This document shows positions 8,801-15,280 of a DNA stretch of 64,000 nucleotides, one piece after another. The notes beneath the pieces were generated by a model. The model was not told the origin of the DNA and made no database searches. It saw nothing but the letters and a program-made list of their open reading frames with translations. How positions within the stretch are numbered: position 1 is the stretch's first letter; the number at the start of each line of letters is the position of its first letter. The position numbers and the translations under genes were made by a program. The DNA is from Gemmatimonadales bacterium. Lineage in GTDB: Bacteria; Gemmatimonadota; Gemmatimonadetes; Gemmatimonadales; GWC2-71-9. The stretch spans positions 13,441-77,440 of the forward strand of contig DASWDA010000075.1 of the NCBI GenBank assembly GCA_036395695.1, given 5' to 3'.

Positions 8801-9055
8801 CCGGTGGGCTTCCCGCCGATCGAAGGCGCGATCTTCTACGACATCGGAATGGCGTGGGACGATGCGAGCACCGTCAAATGGAACCGCGCTGCGACCGACG
8901 ACCCTGTACTCGTTCGCCAGCCGCTGCGCAGCTGGGGAACGTCGATCCGCGCCAACGTCTTCGGTCTGCTCATCATGCGGTTCGACTACACCCGGCCACT
9001 CGATCGGCCGCTGAAACGGTCGTATTGGACCATCAGTTTAGGTCCGACGTTCTAA
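5831..9055 (+). CDS. Outer-membrane protein: signal peptide, HExxH peptidase-MA-like domain, PD40/TolB-like beta-propeller and Omp85 (surface antigen D15) barrel
   Basis: The signal peptide is MTRVAVFAAFLVLTAQPLAAQ. The HExxH region reads HVLQHEMVHQFQ ... WFMEGMAEY. Repeated PD40 signatures are FSPDGRSFA, WSPDGQQLVF, WSPDGKTIAF, WAPDGRSLAF. The C-terminus LIRGYTSGSF...VGNVELRFPL...EGAIFYDIGMAW...WTISLGPTF ends in Phe like an OMP. An ATGA overlap joins it to rsfS. Confidence 0.75.
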   Translation: MTRVAVFAAFLVLTAQPLAAQYFGQNKVQYKNFHFQSIQTEHFDIYYYPDERGGALDAARMAERAYARLSRILHHQFQSRKPIILYASQSDFQQTNVVDATGEGLGGVTEFFKHRAVLPFTGSYAEFEHVLQHEMVHQFQYDVYSRGHAGAGVQTLVAVNPPLWFMEGMAEYLSLGPINTETAMWLRDAALEGHLPSIEEMTSDPYIFPYRYGHALWAYIGEKWGDEVIGEILQSSATSGLDAAFKRALGRSLEDLSNDWRDAIQTTFLPQLGDHYRARRIAEPTLTERRSHGRIFLAPALTPDGKTLAFFGDEGGFFVDLWLADAETGRVRQRLVKSTQNSNYESLRFINSAGAFSPDGRSFAIAAKRKDRDDLVILDVKRGREERRIHVGLSGLQTPQWSPDGQQLVFTGFRNGFTDLYIINRDGTGLRRLTDDKDADLHPSWSPDGKTIAFVTDRGGETDFDLLRFGNLRIALLHLDSGAIEVLGNMGTGKNINPVWAPDGRSLAFVSDRTGISNVFLYEFDDGQIYQLTNLFTGVQGITPLSPVLTWAPQADRMAFVYYEDGQYSVYSVENPRSLRRAPYHGPASQPVVTLLEAEGRDTLLKAPPPVALGGTGTATSLPRLPAPASIYRSAAGFRPSALPPQAEAAATPPPVTVRGLLDSATLALPDTNEFTFKPYKVRFTADYVVRPTIGYERDNFGRGVFGGTAIALSDILGNHSVVIAGSVNGRIGEAQFLGVYVNQTHRLNWAGGFSQDPLYFYGGSDWTRTADTRQPGDSLDVFTTRIRRFVVRDLFTESSYPFSRFNRVELGLHAVNIAEATLALQTSYNATTGGLVGQQLVQGGGPSATYVQPSIAHVHDNTLFGYVGPFAGARSRLSIAPAFGSWRFTAGLVDYRRYIFVRPFTLAVRSVMFGRFGRDADHFPVFLGSTDLIRGYTSGSFRSHECAAATQQTSQTGCAELDQLIGSKIAVGNVELRFPLTRNLVLGFLPVGFPPIEGAIFYDIGMAWDDASTVKWNRAATDDPVLVRQPLRSWGTSIRANVFGLLIMRFDYTRPLDRPLKRSYWTISLGPTF

Positions 9056-9078
9056 CTCCGCTTCGCCAAAACAGTTGC

Positions 9079-9119
9079 AATGGCCTCGCCGGTTGTCTAT
9101 TTTGTCCGGCGAGGCCATT
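9079..9119 (+). terminator. Perfect 14-bp GC-rich hairpin 24 nt after the OMP stop codon; either a terminator or a start-site-sequestering structure
   Basis: The structure is AATGGCCTCGCCGG, a 13-nt loop TTGTCTATTTTGT, then CCGGCGAGGCCATT. Only a weak T tract follows. Both candidate starts of the next gene (ATG 9080, TTG 9119) lie inside the arms. Confidence 0.45.
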
Positions 9120-10504
9120 TGCCGAACTCTCGCTTCCTTCTCCTGTCGATGATCACGCTTTGGGGTTGTGGACCCAAAGCGCCGGCGGCTGGATCGTCAC
9201 AACAACAAACACCGCAACGTGTTAGCGAACTCCAGATCCTCGCGCGCTCGCCCGGCGTCGCGATCAGGCTGCCTGCCAAAGGCGGGACGCCGCAGCTCTA
9301 CCGCCTTCCCCGGCTTACGGCCGTCGAGGGGGTGCTGAAGGGCAAACTGCCCCCCGTGGAGCGCGTCATAGGGCTCGATCCGGAATCCGAGTTTCTGTTT
9401 GTCACGACGGCCAAGCATGAGCTGCTCGCGCTCGATCTCGGCAGCGGTCGCGTGGATACCGTCGGCACCACGATCCGGCAGGCCGCCCTCGGCCCGGACG
9501 GCACGCTCTACGCCGTGGATTCGTCCCGGCGCGTCATCTCGCTCTCGCGCCGCACCCGCTTCACCTGGCCCCAGGCGCTGACGGCGCTCCCGCGCGAGCT
9601 GTTTGGCGCGACGGATCAGCATCTCGTCGGCGTGATCCCGCAAGACAAACTGTTGATCGCCGCGGCCGATCAGCCGCCGACCGTGCGGACGATCGCCGCG
9701 GGCGGTGACGTGGCGGCGACACGCTGGGGCGATCTCGTGGCGGTCGCGAGTGATTCGGGCATCACCTTCTATGATCCACTCGGCCGCCGCGACCCGTCGT
9801 TCGTGAAACTGGCCGATGCCCCGCGCGCGCTCGCCTTCTCGCCATCGGGCCATCGCATTTATGTCGCGCGGCGCAATGTGCCCGGTCTCGCGGTCGTCGA
9901 CCGCTACGAGCGCACGGAGCTCGACGGCGTCGCGCTCCCCGGTCCCGTCGCCGCGCTGCGCCTCGACCCGCTCGGCCGCTGGCTGCTCGCTCGTCCGGCC
10001 GTGGGGGACTCGGCGTGGATCGTCGATCTGCCGATCAAGCGCCACACCGGCATCGTGCCCACCCAATGGCAGTCCGACTTGCCGTCGATCTCTCCCGACG
10101 GGATGCTGATCTACCGGCGCGGGAAAGACGTCGTCTCGGCACGACCCGACTCGCTGAACGACCATGGGAAGGTCACAAACGGCGCGGCCGATATCTGGGT
10201 GCTGACGTCGTGGCTGCCGCGCGGTGTACCCGCGAGCACGGTGAGTGCGGCGAGCTCGGACAGTTCGGGCACGGGCGCGGAAGGCCCGCTCTACGTCCAG
10301 GTGTCCACGTCGCAGAACTCCGAGTGGTCGGGACATCTCGCTGACGACCTCACGCGCGCCGGTTTGGCCGCGCGCGTGCTGCCACCGCAGCATCCTGATG
10401 ACGGCTATCGCGTCGTGCTCGGTCCCTACGCAACGCGCGAGCAGGCTGAGGCCACGGGCCGGCGGCTGGGCCGGCCATTCTGGATCTACCAACCGGGACA
10501 GTGA
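9119..10504 (+). CDS. Lipoprotein with a beta-propeller-like central region and a C-terminal SPOR domain
   Basis: From TTG 9119 the N-terminus reads (M)PNSRFLLLSMITLWGC, a lipobox-type signal; ATG 9080 is the alternative start. The C-terminus YVQVSTSQNSEWSGHLADDLTRAGLAARVLPP...YRVVLGPYATREQAEATGRRLG is SPOR-like. Confidence 0.65.
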   Translation: MPNSRFLLLSMITLWGCGPKAPAAGSSQQQTPQRVSELQILARSPGVAIRLPAKGGTPQLYRLPRLTAVEGVLKGKLPPVERVIGLDPESEFLFVTTAKHELLALDLGSGRVDTVGTTIRQAALGPDGTLYAVDSSRRVISLSRRTRFTWPQALTALPRELFGATDQHLVGVIPQDKLLIAAADQPPTVRTIAAGGDVAATRWGDLVAVASDSGITFYDPLGRRDPSFVKLADAPRALAFSPSGHRIYVARRNVPGLAVVDRYERTELDGVALPGPVAALRLDPLGRWLLARPAVGDSAWIVDLPIKRHTGIVPTQWQSDLPSISPDGMLIYRRGKDVVSARPDSLNDHGKVTNGAADIWVLTSWLPRGVPASTVSAASSDSSGTGAEGPLYVQVSTSQNSEWSGHLADDLTRAGLAARVLPPQHPDDGYRVVLGPYATREQAEATGRRLGRPFWIYQPGQ

Positions 10505-11772
10505 CCACCGTCCGGCAGCTGCCGCTCTCGCGGCTCGGGCATCTGGTTCCGCCGCTCCTTGACGGCGCGGCGCTGGTCGGCCTGATGCCCGTCGGCAGCG
10601 ATCCGCAGTGGGCGGCAAAGGCCGCATGGGACATCGCGCGCATCGCCGCGCGCGACGGGCGGCGCGTCGCACTCGTCGACCTGTGCCTCGAGAATCCTGC
10701 ACTCCACGAAACCGTGGGGCTCCAGGCCACCGAAGGCATCGTCGACGCGTTCGAATACGGCGTTTCGCTGAACAAGGCGGCGCATGAAGTGACCGGCGTC
10801 TTCATTATTCCCGCGGGCTCTGAGACTGCGCATCCCGCGGAGGTCTACGCCCATGCGCGGTGGCGGAAGCTGCAAGCCGGATTCCGCTCCGAAGGCGCGC
10901 TCCTGCTGGCGCTCATACCACGCGCCGGACTGGCGCAGCTCTCGGCAGATCCGGACGGCGTGTTCGTCCTCGCCCCGGAAGGTGTGAGTCCCGCGTTTGC
11001 GCTGGGACGGGATGTGCCGCTGCTCGGCGTCGTCCGCGATCGGTGGTTGCCGTCGAATGGGAGCGCACGCGTATCACCGCTGCCCCGAACAATGCCGGTC
11101 GAGGAGACACCGCGGCGTGGGCTGCGGGTCGCGCTGGCCGCGCTGATCGTAGCGGGACTCGCCGTGGGAGGATGGGCACTGCTGGCGCGAGCGCGCGAGG
11201 CGCTCATCGCGCCCCCGCCGGCTAGTCCGCCGACGGCCACTCCTCCGCCTGCTCCCACGGCTCCCCCGTCCTCGACAACATCCACCAACCTCCACCAACC
11301 GCCACCGGCACCCGCAGTTCGCGTCGACACGTTGGGGTGGACCATTCAGCTCGCCGCGTACGCCTCACTCGACAAGGCGCTGGCGCACGCTGACCGGCTC
11401 GCGGCCGACGCGGGCGTGCCGGCCCTCGTCACGCCGGTGCCGCAGAGCGGCAGTGGCCCCGTCTGGTATCGCGTGCTCGCCGGCTCCTACGCCACGCGCG
11501 CGGACGCCGGCACCGCCCGAGCGGGGATGTGGCGCCGCGGTGTCGCCGCCGAGGGCGTAGGCGACATATTGCTGGCCCCCTATTCCTACCACGCGCCGAC
11601 CGGCGCGACGGTCGATATGCTGCGGCGCCGCGGCCTGCCCGCGGTGCGCTGGTCCAATGGGGTGATTTTGCTGGGCGCGTTCGAAGCACCTGAGCAGGCC
11701 GCATTCACGCAGGCCGCACTCAAGCGCGCCGGCGTGCGCGCGAACCTCCTCCCTCGCATGGGGACACCATGA
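10501..11772 (+). CDS. Bitopic membrane protein: degenerate BY-kinase/MinD-like P-loop fold, TM helix, Pro-rich linker and SPOR domain(s)
   Basis: The N-terminal ~175 aa align by eye to the CpsD/MinD fold (RVALVDLCLENPALHETVGL...GIVDAF...VFIIPAGS), but GSDPQW replaces Walker A G-x-GK[ST]. The TM helix is LRVALAALIVAGLAVGGWALLA, followed by a PPPASPPTATPPPAPTAPP linker. The SPOR region is WTIQLAAYASLDKALAHADRL...WYRVLAGSYATRADA. GTGA and ATGA overlaps join it to both neighbours. Confidence 0.6.
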   Translation: MTTVRQLPLSRLGHLVPPLLDGAALVGLMPVGSDPQWAAKAAWDIARIAARDGRRVALVDLCLENPALHETVGLQATEGIVDAFEYGVSLNKAAHEVTGVFIIPAGSETAHPAEVYAHARWRKLQAGFRSEGALLLALIPRAGLAQLSADPDGVFVLAPEGVSPAFALGRDVPLLGVVRDRWLPSNGSARVSPLPRTMPVEETPRRGLRVALAALIVAGLAVGGWALLARAREALIAPPPASPPTATPPPAPTAPPSSTTSTNLHQPPPAPAVRVDTLGWTIQLAAYASLDKALAHADRLAADAGVPALVTPVPQSGSGPVWYRVLAGSYATRADAGTARAGMWRRGVAAEGVGDILLAPYSYHAPTGATVDMLRRRGLPAVRWSNGVILLGAFEAPEQAAFTQAALKRAGVRANLLPRMGTP

Positions 11773-14700
11773 GACTGAGCAGGCTCGAGCTCTCTGGATT
11801 CAAATCATTTGCGGGCGCGGTGGAGCTGCCGTTCGATCAAGGCGTCACCGCGATCGTCGGGCCGAACGGCTGCGGCAAGTCGAACATCTCGGACGCGGTG
11901 CGCTGGGTGCTCGGCGAACAGTCGCCGCGCCTCTTGCGCGGTGGAAAAATGGAAGACGTGATCTTTCAGGGATCCACCGGCCGCCGGCCCGTGAACGTCG
12001 CCGAGGTCTCTCTCGTCTTCGATAACTCCGACGGTAGTCTCCCCGTCGCGTATCAAGAGGTCGTCGTCACCCGGCGGCTGTCGCGCTCGGGACAAAGCGA
12101 CTACCTGCTGAATCGCTCGCCGGTGCGGCTGCGCGACATCCAGGACATGCTGAGTGGCACCGGCCTGGGTGCCGACGCCGCCGTCGTCATGGAAGCGAAG
12201 ATGATCGAAGCGCTATTGTCCGAGAAAGCCGAGGAGCGGCGGGGGCTCTTCGAGGAGGCGGCAGGAATCGGACTGTATCGCAACCGCAAAGAGAGCACCG
12301 AGCGGCGGCTCGAGGAGACGGCCGCCGATCTGGCGCGGCTCGAGGACCTCATCGCCGAGGTGCAGACGCAAGTCCGCAGTCTCGCGCGCCAGCGCGGCCG
12401 CGCCGAGCGCTACGGCAAAATGATCGAAGAGCGCTTTGGCGTCGCGATGACGCTGGTGCGGCGCGAGATCGAGGACTTCGACCTCTCCCTCGGCGCGCTC
12501 GGCGTCCGAGCCCGCGAGCTGGCCGAGCAGCTCCCCGCCGCACGGGCCCGGCTCGAGGATGCGGAGCACCAGCGCGAAGTCCGCGTGCAGGCGAGGCATA
12601 CGGCGGAAGCGCGGCGCACCGAAGTCGAACGCCGGCTGGGTGACGCCCGGCTCGAGGTCGGGCGGCTCGAGAGTGATCTCGCGCTCGCCGCCGAGCGGCT
12701 CGGCAACGCCGGGCAGCGGCGCCAGACCGCGGCGGATGAGCGCGTCCAAGCCGAGCGGCGCGCCGCGCAGGCGGAACGCGAGCATGCGGCGGCCGCCGCC
12801 GAGCGCACGGGCGCCGAGCGCGACCTCGCCGCCGTGCAGCGTGAGCTCGGCGCGCGGACCGGCGACGAAGACAGCGTCCGGGGCCGGCTGACGGCGGAGC
12901 GGCAGGCGGTGCGTGAGCTCGAGGAAGGACTGCAAGGACGCGCGGAGGCGGCGCGCGCGCTCGAGATCGAAAGCGGCGCATTGGACCGCGAGCGCAGCGA
13001 GTTGCGCGAGCAGCTGGCGCTGGCAACCGCCGAGCGCCAGGACCGCGATGCCGCGGCCCATGACGCGGCGCGCGACGCCGAGACTGCCGCACAGCGCGTC
13101 CACCACGGTGCGCAAGGCGCGCTCAGAGCGGTGGAGGCCCTCCAGCACGCGCGGCGGCACGTCGCCACGCTCCACGAACAAGAGATGAGCGCGCGCTCGG
13201 CCCGGCGTCAAGCGGAGGCCGCGCTGGCGCAGCTCGAGGCCCGGCGCGACGCCCTCGGCGAGCTCGACCGCGAGCACGTCGGCCTCGCGCCCGCGGCGCA
13301 GACGTTGCTGAAGGCCAAGAGGCAATTCGGCGACGGGACGGTGCTCGGTCCGCTCGCCGATTTCGTCCGCACGAGCCGGCGCGATGCCGAGCTGGCGGAG
13401 CGGTTGTTGGGCGAATGGCTCCACGCGGTGCTGGTGCGCGACGCGTCGGTGATCGACGCGATCACGGCCTGGCACGCCGAGACACAACCGGGCCCCCTCG
13501 TCCTGCTGCCGTGCGTTCCGGGCCCCCGGCTCGGCGCCGACGGCCATCCGCTCAAGGACGAGCTGCGAGTGGATGGACCTGCCGCCGCGTGGGTCCACGC
13601 GTTGCTCGCGGGACACGAGGTCATCGGTGCAGGGTCGCTGCGGCGCGCCAATGGCGCGGTGTTCCTCGACAGCAGCGCCCGTGCCGCCGGACCGCTACAG
13701 CGCCGTGCCGAGCTGGAAGCGCTCGAGAAAGATGTGCGGGAGGCGACGAAGAATCTCGATCGCGCGCGCGCCGCCGAAGAGTCCACGCTGAAAGAGCTCA
13801 CGGCCGCGGAAACGGCGCTCACGGCCGCCGGGAATGGGGCCGAGCAGGCACGCCGCGTAGAGCTCGAGGCCGGCGCGGAGAAGGGCGAAGCGGACCGCGG
13901 GCTGATTCACGCGCGCCGCCAGGCCGAGGAATCGGCCGCGCAGGTGGAGCGCCTCACCAAGCGGCTCGCCGAGGTCGAGCTGCGGGTTGGCGCGGTCCAC
14001 GTCGAGCTGCAGGAGCGCGAGGTCGAGCGGCTCCGCTCGGCGGAGGAGCTGGGCGCCGAGCGCGCCGGCTTGGCCGATCTCGAGGCGCAGCAGGAGGCCG
14101 CGCGCGAGCAGCGCGTCCGCTGGCAGGTCGAAGCCGCCCAGGTGGAAGCCCGTCTCGCCGCAGCCTCCGAGCGCGCCACGCGCGCCGACACCGACGCCAA
14201 GGCGTCGCGCGAGCAGGCCGGCGCGCGGGCGGAGGAGATCGCGCGCATCGAGCACGAGACCGGGACACTCACCACACAGCGTGCGCAGTGGCAGGACGCG
14301 CTCCAGGAACGCCGCGTTGCATTGACCGAGCTGGAAACGGCCGCCACGGACGCCGAAGCCCAGGTGGGCATGACTGACGCCGACCTCGGCCAGGCGGAAG
14401 GCGCGCTCGATCAGGCGCGCAAGGCGCTCGCCGCTCTGGGCGAGGAGGAGCACCGGCTCCAGCTCCAGCGCACGGAAGCCGAAGGCCGCAAGCGCGGACT
14501 CGTCGAGCGCGTGGAAACCGAGTGGCGCAAGCCGCTCGACCAGCTCCTGGTCGACGCGCCGGAGGTCGCCGGCGACCTCGAGTGGTTACGGCAGGAGAAC
14601 GACCGGCTGCGCGGCGCGATCGACGCCGTCGGCCCCGTGAACGCGCTCGCCGTCGAGGAGCACGCCGAGGAAACGAAGCGGCTCGAGTTCCTGCAAACGC

Positions 14701-15236
14701 AGCGGGACGATCTCGTGACCGCCCGCAACTCGCTGCAGCAGGCCGCGCGGGAGATCGATCAGACCGCGAAGACGCTCTTCTTGGAGTCGTTTGCCAAAGT
14801 ACGAGAACACTTTCGGTCCGTGTTCCAGACGTTGTTCGGCGGCGGCGAATGCGACGTGCGTCTCGCGAATGAGGATGAGCCTCTCGAGAGCGAAATCGAA
14901 ATCCACGCCGCGCCGCGGGGGAAGCGCACGCAGCGAATCCACTTGCTGTCGTCCGGTGAGCGCACCCTGGTCGCCGTGTCGCTGCTGTTCGCGATCTTCC
15001 TCGCCAAGCCGAGCCCATTCTGCCTGCTCGACGAAGTCGACGCGCCGCTCGACGACGCCAATGTCGGGCGCTATGTGCGGCTCCTGGCCGAGTTCAAGGA
15101 CCAGACGCAGTTCATCGTCATCACGCACAACCCACGGACGATGCAGGCGGCTGACGCAGTCTATGGCGTCACCATGCAGGAGCCGGGGGTCTCCACTATC
15201 GTTGGAGTCCGTCTCGGTCAAATGGAACCGGCCTAG
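11769..15236 (+). CDS. smc: Chromosome partition protein Smc
   Basis: MRLSRLELSGFKSFA...IVGPNGCGKSNISDAVRWVLGEQS is the Walker A head. Long coiled coils follow. The C-terminal head has LSSGERTLVAVSLLFAIF...FCLLDEVDAPLDDAN. Confidence 0.95.
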   Translation: MRLSRLELSGFKSFAGAVELPFDQGVTAIVGPNGCGKSNISDAVRWVLGEQSPRLLRGGKMEDVIFQGSTGRRPVNVAEVSLVFDNSDGSLPVAYQEVVVTRRLSRSGQSDYLLNRSPVRLRDIQDMLSGTGLGADAAVVMEAKMIEALLSEKAEERRGLFEEAAGIGLYRNRKESTERRLEETAADLARLEDLIAEVQTQVRSLARQRGRAERYGKMIEERFGVAMTLVRREIEDFDLSLGALGVRARELAEQLPAARARLEDAEHQREVRVQARHTAEARRTEVERRLGDARLEVGRLESDLALAAERLGNAGQRRQTAADERVQAERRAAQAEREHAAAAAERTGAERDLAAVQRELGARTGDEDSVRGRLTAERQAVRELEEGLQGRAEAARALEIESGALDRERSELREQLALATAERQDRDAAAHDAARDAETAAQRVHHGAQGALRAVEALQHARRHVATLHEQEMSARSARRQAEAALAQLEARRDALGELDREHVGLAPAAQTLLKAKRQFGDGTVLGPLADFVRTSRRDAELAERLLGEWLHAVLVRDASVIDAITAWHAETQPGPLVLLPCVPGPRLGADGHPLKDELRVDGPAAAWVHALLAGHEVIGAGSLRRANGAVFLDSSARAAGPLQRRAELEALEKDVREATKNLDRARAAEESTLKELTAAETALTAAGNGAEQARRVELEAGAEKGEADRGLIHARRQAEESAAQVERLTKRLAEVELRVGAVHVELQEREVERLRSAEELGAERAGLADLEAQQEAAREQRVRWQVEAAQVEARLAAASERATRADTDAKASREQAGARAEEIARIEHETGTLTTQRAQWQDALQERRVALTELETAATDAEAQVGMTDADLGQAEGALDQARKALAALGEEEHRLQLQRTEAEGRKRGLVERVETEWRKPLDQLLVDAPEVAGDLEWLRQENDRLRGAIDAVGPVNALAVEEHAEETKRLEFLQTQRDDLVTARNSLQQAAREIDQTAKTLFLESFAKVREHFRSVFQTLFGGGECDVRLANEDEPLESEIEIHAAPRGKRTQRIHLLSSGERTLVAVSLLFAIFLAKPSPFCLLDEVDAPLDDANVGRYVRLLAEFKDQTQFIVITHNPRTMQAADAVYGVTMQEPGVSTIVGVRLGQMEPA

Positions 15237-15239
15237 GTT

Positions 15240-15278
15240 CCCCCCCCGAGGCCCGAACCCCTAACCCCTAGCCCCTAG
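15240..15278. repeat. C-rich/G-rich intergenic element (copy A), G-quadruplex-prone on the minus strand
   Basis: CCCCCCCCGAGGCCCGAACCCCTAACCCCTAGCCCCTAG lies between the smc stop and the S8 peptidase ATG. By hand alignment 29 of 35 positions match copy B at 23161-23195. Confidence 0.7.
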
Positions 15279-15280
15279 TA

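Noticed and set aside
7162-9225. 687-aa plus-strand ORF overlapping the OMP gene in another frame
   Set aside because: It is an out-of-frame overlap with a well-supported gene. Its Arg/Pro/Ala-rich composition is typical of off-frame translation in high-GC DNA.
12213-13616. 467-aa minus-strand ORF and many further ORFs of 100-320 aa on both strands across 12.1-15.2 kb
   Set aside because: All lie inside smc. The Ala/Glu/Arg-rich coiled-coil coding sequence lacks stop codons in several frames. None shows domain-like sequence.
15255-15278. CCCCTAA/CCCCTAG units resembling telomeric repeats
   Set aside because: There are only three units, they are internal to a gene-dense bacterial locus, and they are flanked by normal genes. 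They are treated as part of a G4-prone intergenic repeat, not a telomere or replicon end.
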